Origin: a virus
Lineage: Duplodnaviria; Caudoviricetes
DNA: 25,406 nucleotides
Reading direction: 5' to 3' (one strand)
IMG/VR virus record: IMGVR_UViG_3300017989_000417
Location: 1 to 25,406 of that record
Below, one piece after another: positions 8,937-16,250 of this stretch. Position 1 is the stretch's first letter; every line of letters starts with the position of its first letter. The translations under genes were made by a program, and so were the position numbers. Below the pieces are notes generated by a model. It ran no database searches. It saw only the letters and a program-made list of their open reading frames with translations, and was not told where the DNA came from.

Positions 8937-8996
8937 ACACCTCTCTATAAAGAGAGGTGTAAACGCCGTTTACCGATATGCGTATACGCTGTATAC
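8937..8996 (-). promoter_or_regulatory. Double-palindrome operator/promoter element, copy 1, plus RBS-containing hairpin
   Basis: GTAAAC-gcc-GTTTAC (8959-8973) and GTATAC-gct-GTATAC (8982-8996); 40/47 identical to 23781-23827. Hairpin acacctctct-ataa-agagaggtgt at 8937-8960. Confidence 0.75.
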
Positions 8997-9017
8997 GGGC
9001 TGGCGTCAGATGGGGGG

Positions 9018-11102
9018 TTATCGCTTCTCCCGCTGCAATTCCGAAAGCTTGATTCGCTTCCGCTTCACTCGCTTCCCTACGGCGCTCGTTTCCTTCAGCG
9101 AAGCCCCCTGGATCGAGGCACCCACCGCGCAGCCTACCAGGCAGTCGAGCCAGTGATTATCCGGCTTCTCGGCCCGCGGCTTCCATTCGTCAACCGTACG
9201 GCCGCGGCCCTCGGTCCGGACCCGGTACTCGGCCGTGATGTGCTCGGCAAACAGCCGATGGGCCTCCGGCTTGGCTCCGAACAACGAAAGGCAGCCCCGG
9301 TCCCCCATGGCGATGGCCAGGCGGGTGTGGCAAAAAGACTTCCAATAGTTGGTGTCGAAAACAACATGGCGGATTGAACGCTTACCCTGCACGTTGGGAA
9401 TTCGCCAGTTGTGGCCCACACGGTCGCCACGTTTGCGCTTGTATTCGGACATGGGAACACTGCTGGCACCTATGAAGCGGCCGTGGCTGGGTATCACGAC
9501 GGCAGAATGGGTGCTCTGACGGCAGAACTGATAGACCACTTCTGTCATCGGGCCCCAGTTCGCGTCGATCAGGCAGCGATCGATCCGCATCATGGCCCCG
9601 TCGTCACGCTTCCACTCGCGGGCCAGAATGGGGTTCGTGAGGGCCTCCAGCCCGGCGTAGATCGAGCCCTCCAACCCGGCGCCGTCGGCCGCGGTGGCCA
9701 GTGTGTTGCGAACGTCGCGCAGGGTGAAGTAGGTTTTCCGCTGCTTCGGGTACGCGCCGTAATCAACCACATAGCCGGTGAAATCATCCTCCCAAGCGGC
9801 CACGGTGTAATACAAGAGGTTTTGGTGTACGTCGACGAACATCGTTAGGTGGTTGCAGCCGATCGGAATCACGCCACGCGGCAGCCGGTTGATCTTCATC
9901 GCCACCTGATCGGCGGTGAGCTCCTCTTCGTCGAGCGTGTCTTCTGGCAGCGGTTCGTTCTGATATTCGGCGAAAAAGGCCGCCTCATCTCGCAACCGCA
10001 GGTTTATCGCGTGCTGGATGGCCGAGAGTTCGTCCTCGTTATGACGCTCCGGCCACGCGATCCGGGCGCCCTCATCCATCGCCGTCCGATTCTCGCGATA
10101 GAACGCAGTCGCCTCCGAACCGTCGCTGTCATTGCGTAGCGAGTCACTACGAATCGTGGCGTAGCGGTCCCAAAGTTTTTCATTGCTGGGGAACGAATAG
10201 ACCATCTTGGTCCGTTTGCCCTGCCATTCCGGATGTTTTTCGCGGTTGAGTAAGCGATCAGCCATATCATCCGGCCGGATCACAGTACACGTCATCAGCC
10301 CGGCGATCTTCTTACCTGGGCCGGCCATACCCAGGACGTCGCCGGACAGGGTTGCTTCACGGCGTTGTGTCTGTGTGCGCGACCAGGCTGATTCGGTTGT
10401 CTGCGGGTCATCGATCAAAACCAACTGGGGGCGAACTACCTGGCCGTCTGCTCGGGCATGCAACTGGCCGCGGATGTCGCCACCCTTCATGCCGCTACAC
10501 GAGATCACCACGCCGGAGGTCTTAAATAGTTCCAGGGTCTTTGGGTCCCGCATCGTAGGTAGTACGATCTTGTCCGCCACCCATTCGATGCGTGTCGGCT
10601 CTCCGTTGGATTTCTGCCCCTTCTGCCGGTTGGTGATGCGTTCAAGGCACCTGATCGGAAAACAAGCCTCGGGAAAATCGTCCGCCAAAAGAACATTCGT
10701 TTCGAGCCACGTTTTGATGTTCTCTAGGAGGTCTTTGGCCCGGTCGGCGCTGGCGGCAACCAGCGTGACGAAGGGGGTTGCTCCGATCAGGGCCGACCAC
10801 AGAACGGCCGTCTGACACAGGACCGTCTTGCCGCTTCCGCGAGGCATGGCCATCGCGAACAACCCACCCGTACGTACCGCCCGTTCGATCTTGGCGATGA
10901 CCTTCAAATGGTCCTCAGACCAGGGTAGGTAGAACACTTCGCTGAAGTAGGTCTCGCAAAACATGCGAAACGATCCAACCGCCGCCGCACGCCGTACGGA
11001 ATCCTTGCACTCCGGCGCAGTGCCAATATCTTGTCCAGTTTTGACAACTGCCGCATTCCGCTCAGCTTGTCGTCGCTTTCGTTCTGGGTAGTCTTGTGGC
11101 AT
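9018..11102 (-). CDS. Terminase large subunit (lambda GpA-like)
   Basis: Walker A MPRGSGKT, Walker B LVLIDD and C-terminal nuclease motif NHWLDCLV. Likely start is the ATG at 11102 (MPQDYPERKRRQ) rather than the TTG at 11225. Confidence 0.9.
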   Translation of the reverse strand: MPQDYPERKRRQAERNAAVVKTGQDIGTAPECKDSVRRAAAVGSFRMFCETYFSEVFYLPWSEDHLKVIAKIERAVRTGGLFAMAMPRGSGKTVLCQTAVLWSALIGATPFVTLVAASADRAKDLLENIKTWLETNVLLADDFPEACFPIRCLERITNRQKGQKSNGEPTRIEWVADKIVLPTMRDPKTLELFKTSGVVISCSGMKGGDIRGQLHARADGQVVRPQLVLIDDPQTTESAWSRTQTQRREATLSGDVLGMAGPGKKIAGLMTCTVIRPDDMADRLLNREKHPEWQGKRTKMVYSFPSNEKLWDRYATIRSDSLRNDSDGSEATAFYRENRTAMDEGARIAWPERHNEDELSAIQHAINLRLRDEAAFFAEYQNEPLPEDTLDEEELTADQVAMKINRLPRGVIPIGCNHLTMFVDVHQNLLYYTVAAWEDDFTGYVVDYGAYPKQRKTYFTLRDVRNTLATAADGAGLEGSIYAGLEALTNPILAREWKRDDGAMMRIDRCLIDANWGPMTEVVYQFCRQSTHSAVVIPSHGRFIGASSVPMSEYKRKRGDRVGHNWRIPNVQGKRSIRHVVFDTNYWKSFCHTRLAIAMGDRGCLSLFGAKPEAHRLFAEHITAEYRVRTEGRGRTVDEWKPRAEKPDNHWLDCLVGCAVGASIQGASLKETSAVGKRVKRKRIKLSELQREKR

Positions 11103-11124
11103 GCAACAAACTCTGTATGGTTTT

Positions 11125-11174
11125 GTGACTGTTCCCACGGCTAGGGGGCGGCTTCCATCGGCCGGGAAGGACCC
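11125..11174 (-). other. Candidate cos packaging region (cosQ-like GGGTCCT)
   Basis: The minus strand reads GGGTCCTTCCCGG (11174-11162), directly upstream of terL. Lambda cosQ is GGGTCCT followed by TTCCGG. Confidence 0.5.
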
Positions 11175-11229
11175 ACCCAACGGGTGGTGTGATCCCCCGT
11201 TCGGGTCCCTGCTAGTGGGTGGCAACTAA

Positions 11230-11472
11230 CTTCTTTCACCAAACTTCCTTCACCCCCCTCACTTACACGCGGAAACGCCAAAAATTTCCCCCGCGCGACC
11301 CCCGGTGAAAGATTAAGTATTTCTCTCTCTTTTCTTTATATGTATAGGGACTTATGCAATTTTTTGGGGGGTGAAAAAAGGGGTGAAGGAAGGTGAAAGA
11401 AGCTTACCTGCGATGTAGCCAGCACCCACCATAAGAGCCCCTTCTTTCACCTTCTTTCAACCTTCCTTCACC
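11230..11472. repeat. Putative replication origin: ~9 iterons GGTGAARGAA in both orientations with an AT-rich tract
   Basis: ttcYttcacc at 11231, 11245, 11442 and 11463 (variant at 11452). ggtgaaRgaa at 11382 and 11392 (variants at 11304 and 11370). AT-rich tract ~11311-11365, at the 3' end of the primase gene. Confidence 0.7.
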
Positions 11473-13697
11473 CGGCACAAACGATACACCGTTCTCGTTC
11501 GCCCCTTGGTCGCCTTGACGTCAGGCTCGATATCATTCTGCTGCATCAGCGTTTCCACGATCTGCTGAAAGTCTCTCGCGTTAACTTTCATCCGCTTCAT
11601 CAACACGCTATGCGGGAGTTCACCACCCGCACTACGCAGCTTCTCCAGCACCTTCAAACACTCGGCATGAAACGGATTCTCCGCCACGTGCGAACTGGCC
11701 AGGAACAGCATACGGTCGGCCAGGTGCCGGGCGAATCGTGACGCCCACTCGGCCGCCTCACGATCGATCCGCGGGTTCTCGTGAGCCCGACTGCACGCAT
11801 AGACCAGCGCCAGCCGGGTGGCGTTCTCACAGACGCGAGTCCACAAGATGGCCCGTACCCGATCCCCACCGGCCATGGCGGCGTCGTATTCGTCGTCGGC
11901 TTGCGTACCGAGTTCATCCAGCACCGCGAAGCCCTCGCCCTCGTAGGGCACCACGGCCGGCGTGGGATGCTCATCGCCCAGGTCGGGCTTCCGGCCGGTG
12001 GTCGGGTGAACCGGTTCCGGGTTGTAATCCCGCCACCACTCGGCCACCTCGATCAGGCGTTCCGGCATCGCCCCTACATCTCGCGGACGCTGCTTTCGGC
12101 CCCGCTTACCCACGTCGACGATGATCGACCGCGAGAACAGCCCGTTGGTCAAAAGCTTCGGGCTCATCGCCTGAAAAAAGCACTCCGGCGTAGCGGTCCC
12201 GAAGATCACCAGCCCCGGCTGATCGATCTCGCCGCGAATCTCTTCCCCCTGCCCCTTGGCCCGCGCCTTGGTCCGCATCGCATGCGTTTCATCGGCCTCG
12301 GTATAGAGCTGCAACAGCATGGCCAACAGCATGCTATGATACGCCTCTTTCGACGAAGAGAGCGAACGAAGCATGTTGTCGACCTCATCGGTCTGGTAAA
12401 GCATCTTCCGATGCACGAACATCTCGTCTTCGAGCCCCTGACCGCTTGCGATCTGGTTACCGACCGCCGCGGCCAGCCCGATCTGACCCAGAATGTGCGA
12501 GTTGATCTTGCGCGGATACGCCTTGCCGTGTCCCGATCCGGCCAGGGCCAGCATGTAGAGGTTCGGGCGCAGGCCGCCTTCCTCGCGGACCTTGCGACTG
12601 CACAGATACGATTGCAGGGCCATCGCCCCGCAGAACGCCAGCGGCACGCTCGGATAGCGGGCACTTTGCCGGCAGAATTCCATCACGTCGCCGACGAACC
12701 CGGGCACCCGCATCAAGTCATCGGGAATCGGCCCCGGATCGTCCGGTCGGTCCGGCTCTTCCGGTTCCGGCTCCGATTTACACAGCCGAAATTGCGATAA
12801 ATCCACGTCCGGATATTCCTCCGCCGGCGCCGCCGGAGTATCGCGCAGCCAACCATACGGCCGATCGTGCTCCCGCTTCGCCGCGTCCTCGACCTTGTGT
12901 CGCAACTCCCGCTCTGACCACTCCGGCTGACAGCGCGGGTTATACTCGCTTAGTAACAGGTGAAAGGCCCGATCTGGCTCCAGGCCGAATCCATGCACCA
13001 AAGCCGTGGCCGCCGTGTACGTCGCCGGATGTCCGCCGGAACCGCTGATTGCCGGCGGCAGCGCGGCCAGGTAGGCGATCGCGCGTCGCTCGACGTCTTG
13101 TTCTCCCTGTGCCAAAGGCTCGCCACACGGGCGGACCTCGGCCGCCTGGGGCCGCCTCTCCGGTGGCGACTGCTCACCATGCCGGGCCTTGACCACCGCT
13201 TTGGCCAACGCTTCGACACAAGCGGCCAGCATCGGACCGGACACGCGGGCCGGCTCGGCGTTCAACACGTCGTACGGTTCGCCCGACGGGTGAATACTCG
13301 GCCCCACAACCGTCTGACATCCGGTCCCTCGCAACTCGACGATCATCGTCTTGTCGACCGGATCGGCGTGCTTCTTCGTCTCCACGTCAGCGAAATACCA
13401 GCGATGCGAACCCGGCGCCGACGGCCTTCCGGTAACCGCCGGCGTAGGCGGCAGAAACTGGTCGGCCAATTCCCGGGCTTCCTCGCAATCAAGATCGACG
13501 TCGATCAGTCCGCCGGACGGTTCGCCCAACAACAGGCCGATATTGCCGGCGCTGCCAAATAATATCGATAGATCGGCCTCCCTAGGGCGCAGCTTCTGCC
13601 AGCCCGGCAACCGCGGCCCCTTCTGGCCCGCCGGAATCGGGATCGGAACGAGCCCGCGTTTCAGGTAATCTTGAGCAGCTTGAATTCGGTCCGTCAT
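11457..13697 (-). CDS. Bifunctional primase/polymerase fused to DUF3987-type helicase domain and C-terminal winged helix
   Basis: Prim-Pol motifs (PIPIPAGQKGP, NIGLLLG, LIDVDLD, VVGPSIHPSG), primase C-terminal helix domain (YNPRCQPEWSEREL), P-loop-like AGSGHGK, DE, and GLFSR. Confidence 0.88.
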   Translation of the reverse strand: MTDRIQAAQDYLKRGLVPIPIPAGQKGPRLPGWQKLRPREADLSILFGSAGNIGLLLGEPSGGLIDVDLDCEEARELADQFLPPTPAVTGRPSAPGSHRWYFADVETKKHADPVDKTMIVELRGTGCQTVVGPSIHPSGEPYDVLNAEPARVSGPMLAACVEALAKAVVKARHGEQSPPERRPQAAEVRPCGEPLAQGEQDVERRAIAYLAALPPAISGSGGHPATYTAATALVHGFGLEPDRAFHLLLSEYNPRCQPEWSERELRHKVEDAAKREHDRPYGWLRDTPAAPAEEYPDVDLSQFRLCKSEPEPEEPDRPDDPGPIPDDLMRVPGFVGDVMEFCRQSARYPSVPLAFCGAMALQSYLCSRKVREEGGLRPNLYMLALAGSGHGKAYPRKINSHILGQIGLAAAVGNQIASGQGLEDEMFVHRKMLYQTDEVDNMLRSLSSSKEAYHSMLLAMLLQLYTEADETHAMRTKARAKGQGEEIRGEIDQPGLVIFGTATPECFFQAMSPKLLTNGLFSRSIIVDVGKRGRKQRPRDVGAMPERLIEVAEWWRDYNPEPVHPTTGRKPDLGDEHPTPAVVPYEGEGFAVLDELGTQADDEYDAAMAGGDRVRAILWTRVCENATRLALVYACSRAHENPRIDREAAEWASRFARHLADRMLFLASSHVAENPFHAECLKVLEKLRSAGGELPHSVLMKRMKVNARDFQQIVETLMQQNDIEPDVKATKGRTRTVYRLCRVKEG

Positions 13698-14551
13698 ATC
13701 GCCCCTTGTGCCAATGGCCGGCCCGTATGCTGATAGTAGTACCGCATCAAATGCCGTTGTCCCTGCTTAGTCCAACCCATCGCTTCTTGCTCCGGAGTCA
13801 CCGCCCCGTACGTCATCGCATCCAGCGGGTGATACCACTGCGGCAGCGCCCGGAGTTTGAACGACTCGACGAACTCGCATCGCGCCCAGTCGGCCTCCGG
13901 TCCGCCGGAAAGGCCGCAGAGAACGTAGGTACGGATTCGCTTCTTTGCGATGCCGGCGGTTCGCAATCGATCGACCGCCGTGGTCCAGGCCTCCCGGTCG
14001 GCATCCGAGTCGAGTGACAGCCGGACCATCGGTACCGTGATTCGCGCGATCTGTTCGGCGTGCCAAGGCGTCAACAGCCTGGCGTCGAGACCCTGATTGA
14101 AGTCGCACCATTGCCAGTGTACGAGCCGATCGATTACGATCTTGAAGTGTGCCACATTGGCCGCCAGCAGGTTGTTATCGCAAATGACCGGCAAATTGGG
14201 CCAATCGTCCAACTCTCGAAACTCGCCCTCGATCTTTCGCCGGCCGATCCCGCAGAACTTGCACCGCCGCGGACACCCGACCGTTGTCCGCGTCGCCATC
14301 GGGTTGACGCGCTGCAGGACGCCCTTCGCATAGTCGCCGATCTTCACATTCGGCACGCCATCGAAGAACCACGGCATCAACCGCACCGCCGGTCCGCCGA
14401 CAATCCAGCGTTTGGCGAACAGATCGCCTTGCAGCACGTACTCACGAGCCTTCGGCAGCAACCACGTGAACGGCACGGATAGATAACCGGTCCGGCCGCT
14501 CTGCCAAATAGTCAAGTCTTTCGGCCATACGGTTCGCGTCGGAGCTCGCAT
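13694..14551 (-). CDS. Radical SAM protein
   Basis: CxxxCxxC motif in GCPRRCKFC, plus DNN and DFNQGLDARL. The N-terminal IVGGPA resembles the end of a cobalamin-binding-like domain. Confidence 0.85.
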   Translation of the reverse strand: MRAPTRTVWPKDLTIWQSGRTGYLSVPFTWLLPKAREYVLQGDLFAKRWIVGGPAVRLMPWFFDGVPNVKIGDYAKGVLQRVNPMATRTTVGCPRRCKFCGIGRRKIEGEFRELDDWPNLPVICDNNLLAANVAHFKIVIDRLVHWQWCDFNQGLDARLLTPWHAEQIARITVPMVRLSLDSDADREAWTTAVDRLRTAGIAKKRIRTYVLCGLSGGPEADWARCEFVESFKLRALPQWYHPLDAMTYGAVTPEQEAMGWTKQGQRHLMRYYYQHTGRPLAQGAI

Positions 14552-15625
14552 TTATGATTCTTTCGCGTTCTTTGAGTTCTCTTGCGGTGGATTCAGTTCA
14601 CCCCACAACTCCCGGAACGCGATCGCCGCGCACTCGGCAACGACTCCGTTTCCGCCGAGTCGCAACAGATCAACTCGCGAGGCTCCAGCCAGCCCATCAG
14701 CCAGAATTGGAACCGGGGATTCAGCCGCAAGTTCGGCGGGGAGGGCGGGCAGCAAGTCCCATCGTCCGGCCCGCAAGACTTCGGCCCAGGCGTCTCGGTC
14801 GTCAGGGCCCGGTGCAAAAGCCGGCAGAGTTCGGCGGGGTCCCACTGCTTGCTCGCAGTCGCCAAGCTCGGATTCCCGCCCGCATAACACTTCGGCGCCT
14901 TGGTTCCGTCCGTTGCCGCGGTCGTCGGCCATTGGCGAGTTGCCATATCGAGTGGTATGCTGCCTGTGCGAAAATTTCTCTGCTTCCGGCCACCCGAGGG
15001 AGTCATAGCCGTCGGCCATCGAGACGCCGTCAGTTGCAGGGGCGTCCCGCCTTGCGCGAACTTCTGTTTCCGGCCACCCGTATCCGTTGTTGCGGTCGGC
15101 CAACACGAACACCCGTTGCCGCTTGTGACTGGCGCCCGCTTCGGCAGCCGCGAAACAACCCCACGCCGCATCGTACCCCGCTTCGGCCAGGTCCCCGAGA
15201 ATGATTCCGAGTCCTCCCCGGGAAACAAGGGGAGGCACGTTTTCCAGGAAGACGATCGCCGGTCGAACCTGGCGAACGATGCGTGCGATATGGGGCCACA
15301 GCCACCGGGCGTCGGCGGCTCCGAGTCCTTTTCCGGCGGCGCTCCAGGGCTGGCAATTAAAGCCGGCCGTAAGGACGCAAGCGTATCGTCGAGCCATTTT
15401 CCGTAGCGATTCGAGCACTCGCCCTGGAATCCGCGTGACATCGCTATACACAGGCGCGTCATCCAGCCGCCCCCGGCGAATCGCTTCGCCCAGGTACGCG
15501 GCTGCGAATGCTTCCCTCTCCACGTACAGAACCGGGCGAACCGCGTCAGGCGCGACCGCTTGCGCCACGCCCCTTTCGAGCGCGCCCGAGCCCGCGAACA
15601 GTGAGATGCAGGGAAGTACAGCCAC
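14552..15625 (-). CDS. C5 cytosine DNA methyltransferase, catalytic (alpha) polypeptide lacking motif IX
   Basis: Motif I SLFAGSG, IV GFNCQPWS, VI FLENV, VIII HKRQRVF and X GNGVV. GTG start at 15625 after GAGGAAACC. Confidence 0.88.
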   Translation of the reverse strand: MAVLPCISLFAGSGALERGVAQAVAPDAVRPVLYVEREAFAAAYLGEAIRRGRLDDAPVYSDVTRIPGRVLESLRKMARRYACVLTAGFNCQPWSAAGKGLGAADARWLWPHIARIVRQVRPAIVFLENVPPLVSRGGLGIILGDLAEAGYDAAWGCFAAAEAGASHKRQRVFVLADRNNGYGWPETEVRARRDAPATDGVSMADGYDSLGWPEAEKFSHRQHTTRYGNSPMADDRGNGRNQGAEVLCGRESELGDCEQAVGPRRTLPAFAPGPDDRDAWAEVLRAGRWDLLPALPAELAAESPVPILADGLAGASRVDLLRLGGNGVVAECAAIAFRELWGELNPPQENSKNAKES

Positions 15626-15627
15626 AT
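14593..15627 (-). CDS. Overlapping +1-frame partner (beta-like) polypeptide of the C5 methyltransferase
   Basis: ATG at 15627 overlaps the upstream TGA. Open for 344 codons, with three WPT repeats and a motif IX-like LRLNPRFQFWLMGW. Confidence 0.7.
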   Translation of the reverse strand: MWLYFPASHCSRARARSKGAWRKRSRLTRFARFCTWRGKHSQPRTWAKRFAGGGWMTRLCIAMSRGFQGECSNRYGKWLDDTLASLRPALIASPGAPPEKDSEPPTPGGCGPISHASFARFDRRSSSWKTCLPLFPGEDSESFSGTWPKRGTMRRGVVSRLPKRAPVTSGNGCSCWPTATTDTGGRKQKFAQGGTPLQLTASRWPTAMTPSGGRKQRNFRTGSIPLDMATRQWPTTAATDGTKAPKCYAGGNPSLATASKQWDPAELCRLLHRALTTETPGPKSCGPDDGTCCPPSPPNLRLNPRFQFWLMGWLEPRELICCDSAETESLPSARRSRSGSCGVN

Positions 15628-16160
15628 CAGGTTTCCTCTGGCAATCGGTTCCCGCAGAAGGGGCACTGCGGCTCTTGTGCGTAATCGGGATGGTACTGCA
15701 AGGAAAAATGACGCCCGCAGGAACCGCAATCGAAGGCCTTTCTTTCCCATTCCGGAACGCCTTCCGACACCGGGGCCGGCACATCGCAAGCCGCTTCCGC
15801 CGGTACGAGGTCCGCCTGATACGTCGGCATATCGTCCAACTCAGCCGGCAGCACGCCGCGGCGGATCATCTCTTCGTAGTGAATGATGGCCATGGCGTTG
15901 AAGATCACGGCCGCCAGGTGATCTTCCGACCGGTCGCCCTGGTGATACTGCATCACGTGCCGGCGGAGAGAGGCGAAACACCGGCTGGCCGGGATACCCT
16001 GTTCCCAGTTGCGTTCGGAATACTTCACCGCTCCCGCGCGAAGCCATTCCCCTACCCGCTCTTCAGCAAACGGCGAGAAGAGGTCCGGCCGCGGCTTTTC
16101 CTCGGCCGCATCGCGGACGGCGCCGGTTGCGAACGATTGACGTTTCCCACTGTCGTGCAT
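15627..16160 (-). CDS. dATP/dGTP diphosphohydrolase-domain protein with C-terminal Zn ribbon
   Basis: DSGKRQSFATGAVRD, KPRPDL, GAVKYSERNWEQG, SLRRH and DHLAAVIFN; C-terminal CGSC...CPFC. Confidence 0.85.
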   Translation of the reverse strand: MHDSGKRQSFATGAVRDAAEEKPRPDLFSPFAEERVGEWLRAGAVKYSERNWEQGIPASRCFASLRRHVMQYHQGDRSEDHLAAVIFNAMAIIHYEEMIRRGVLPAELDDMPTYQADLVPAEAACDVPAPVSEGVPEWERKAFDCGSCGRHFSLQYHPDYAQEPQCPFCGNRLPEET

Positions 16161-16187
16161 ATTGGTCTTCCTTTCTCATTGGAATCC

Positions 16188-16238
16188 ACCGCGAAAGAGC
16201 GAGAAGAAGCTACCTTCTTTTTTGTGTTCCTTCGCGGT
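16188..16238. repeat. Imperfect intergenic hairpin (REP-like)
   Basis: accgcgaa...gaagaag ctac cttcttt...ttcgcggt, located between two genes. Confidence 0.55.
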
Positions 16239-16250
16239 AAATTATCTTCT

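Noticed and set aside
15627-16160. Z-genome (2-aminoadenine) or 7-deazaguanine pathway
   Set aside because: Only the diphosphohydrolase domain is present. No purZ, folE/queCDE or dpdA-like gene is recognisable in the window.
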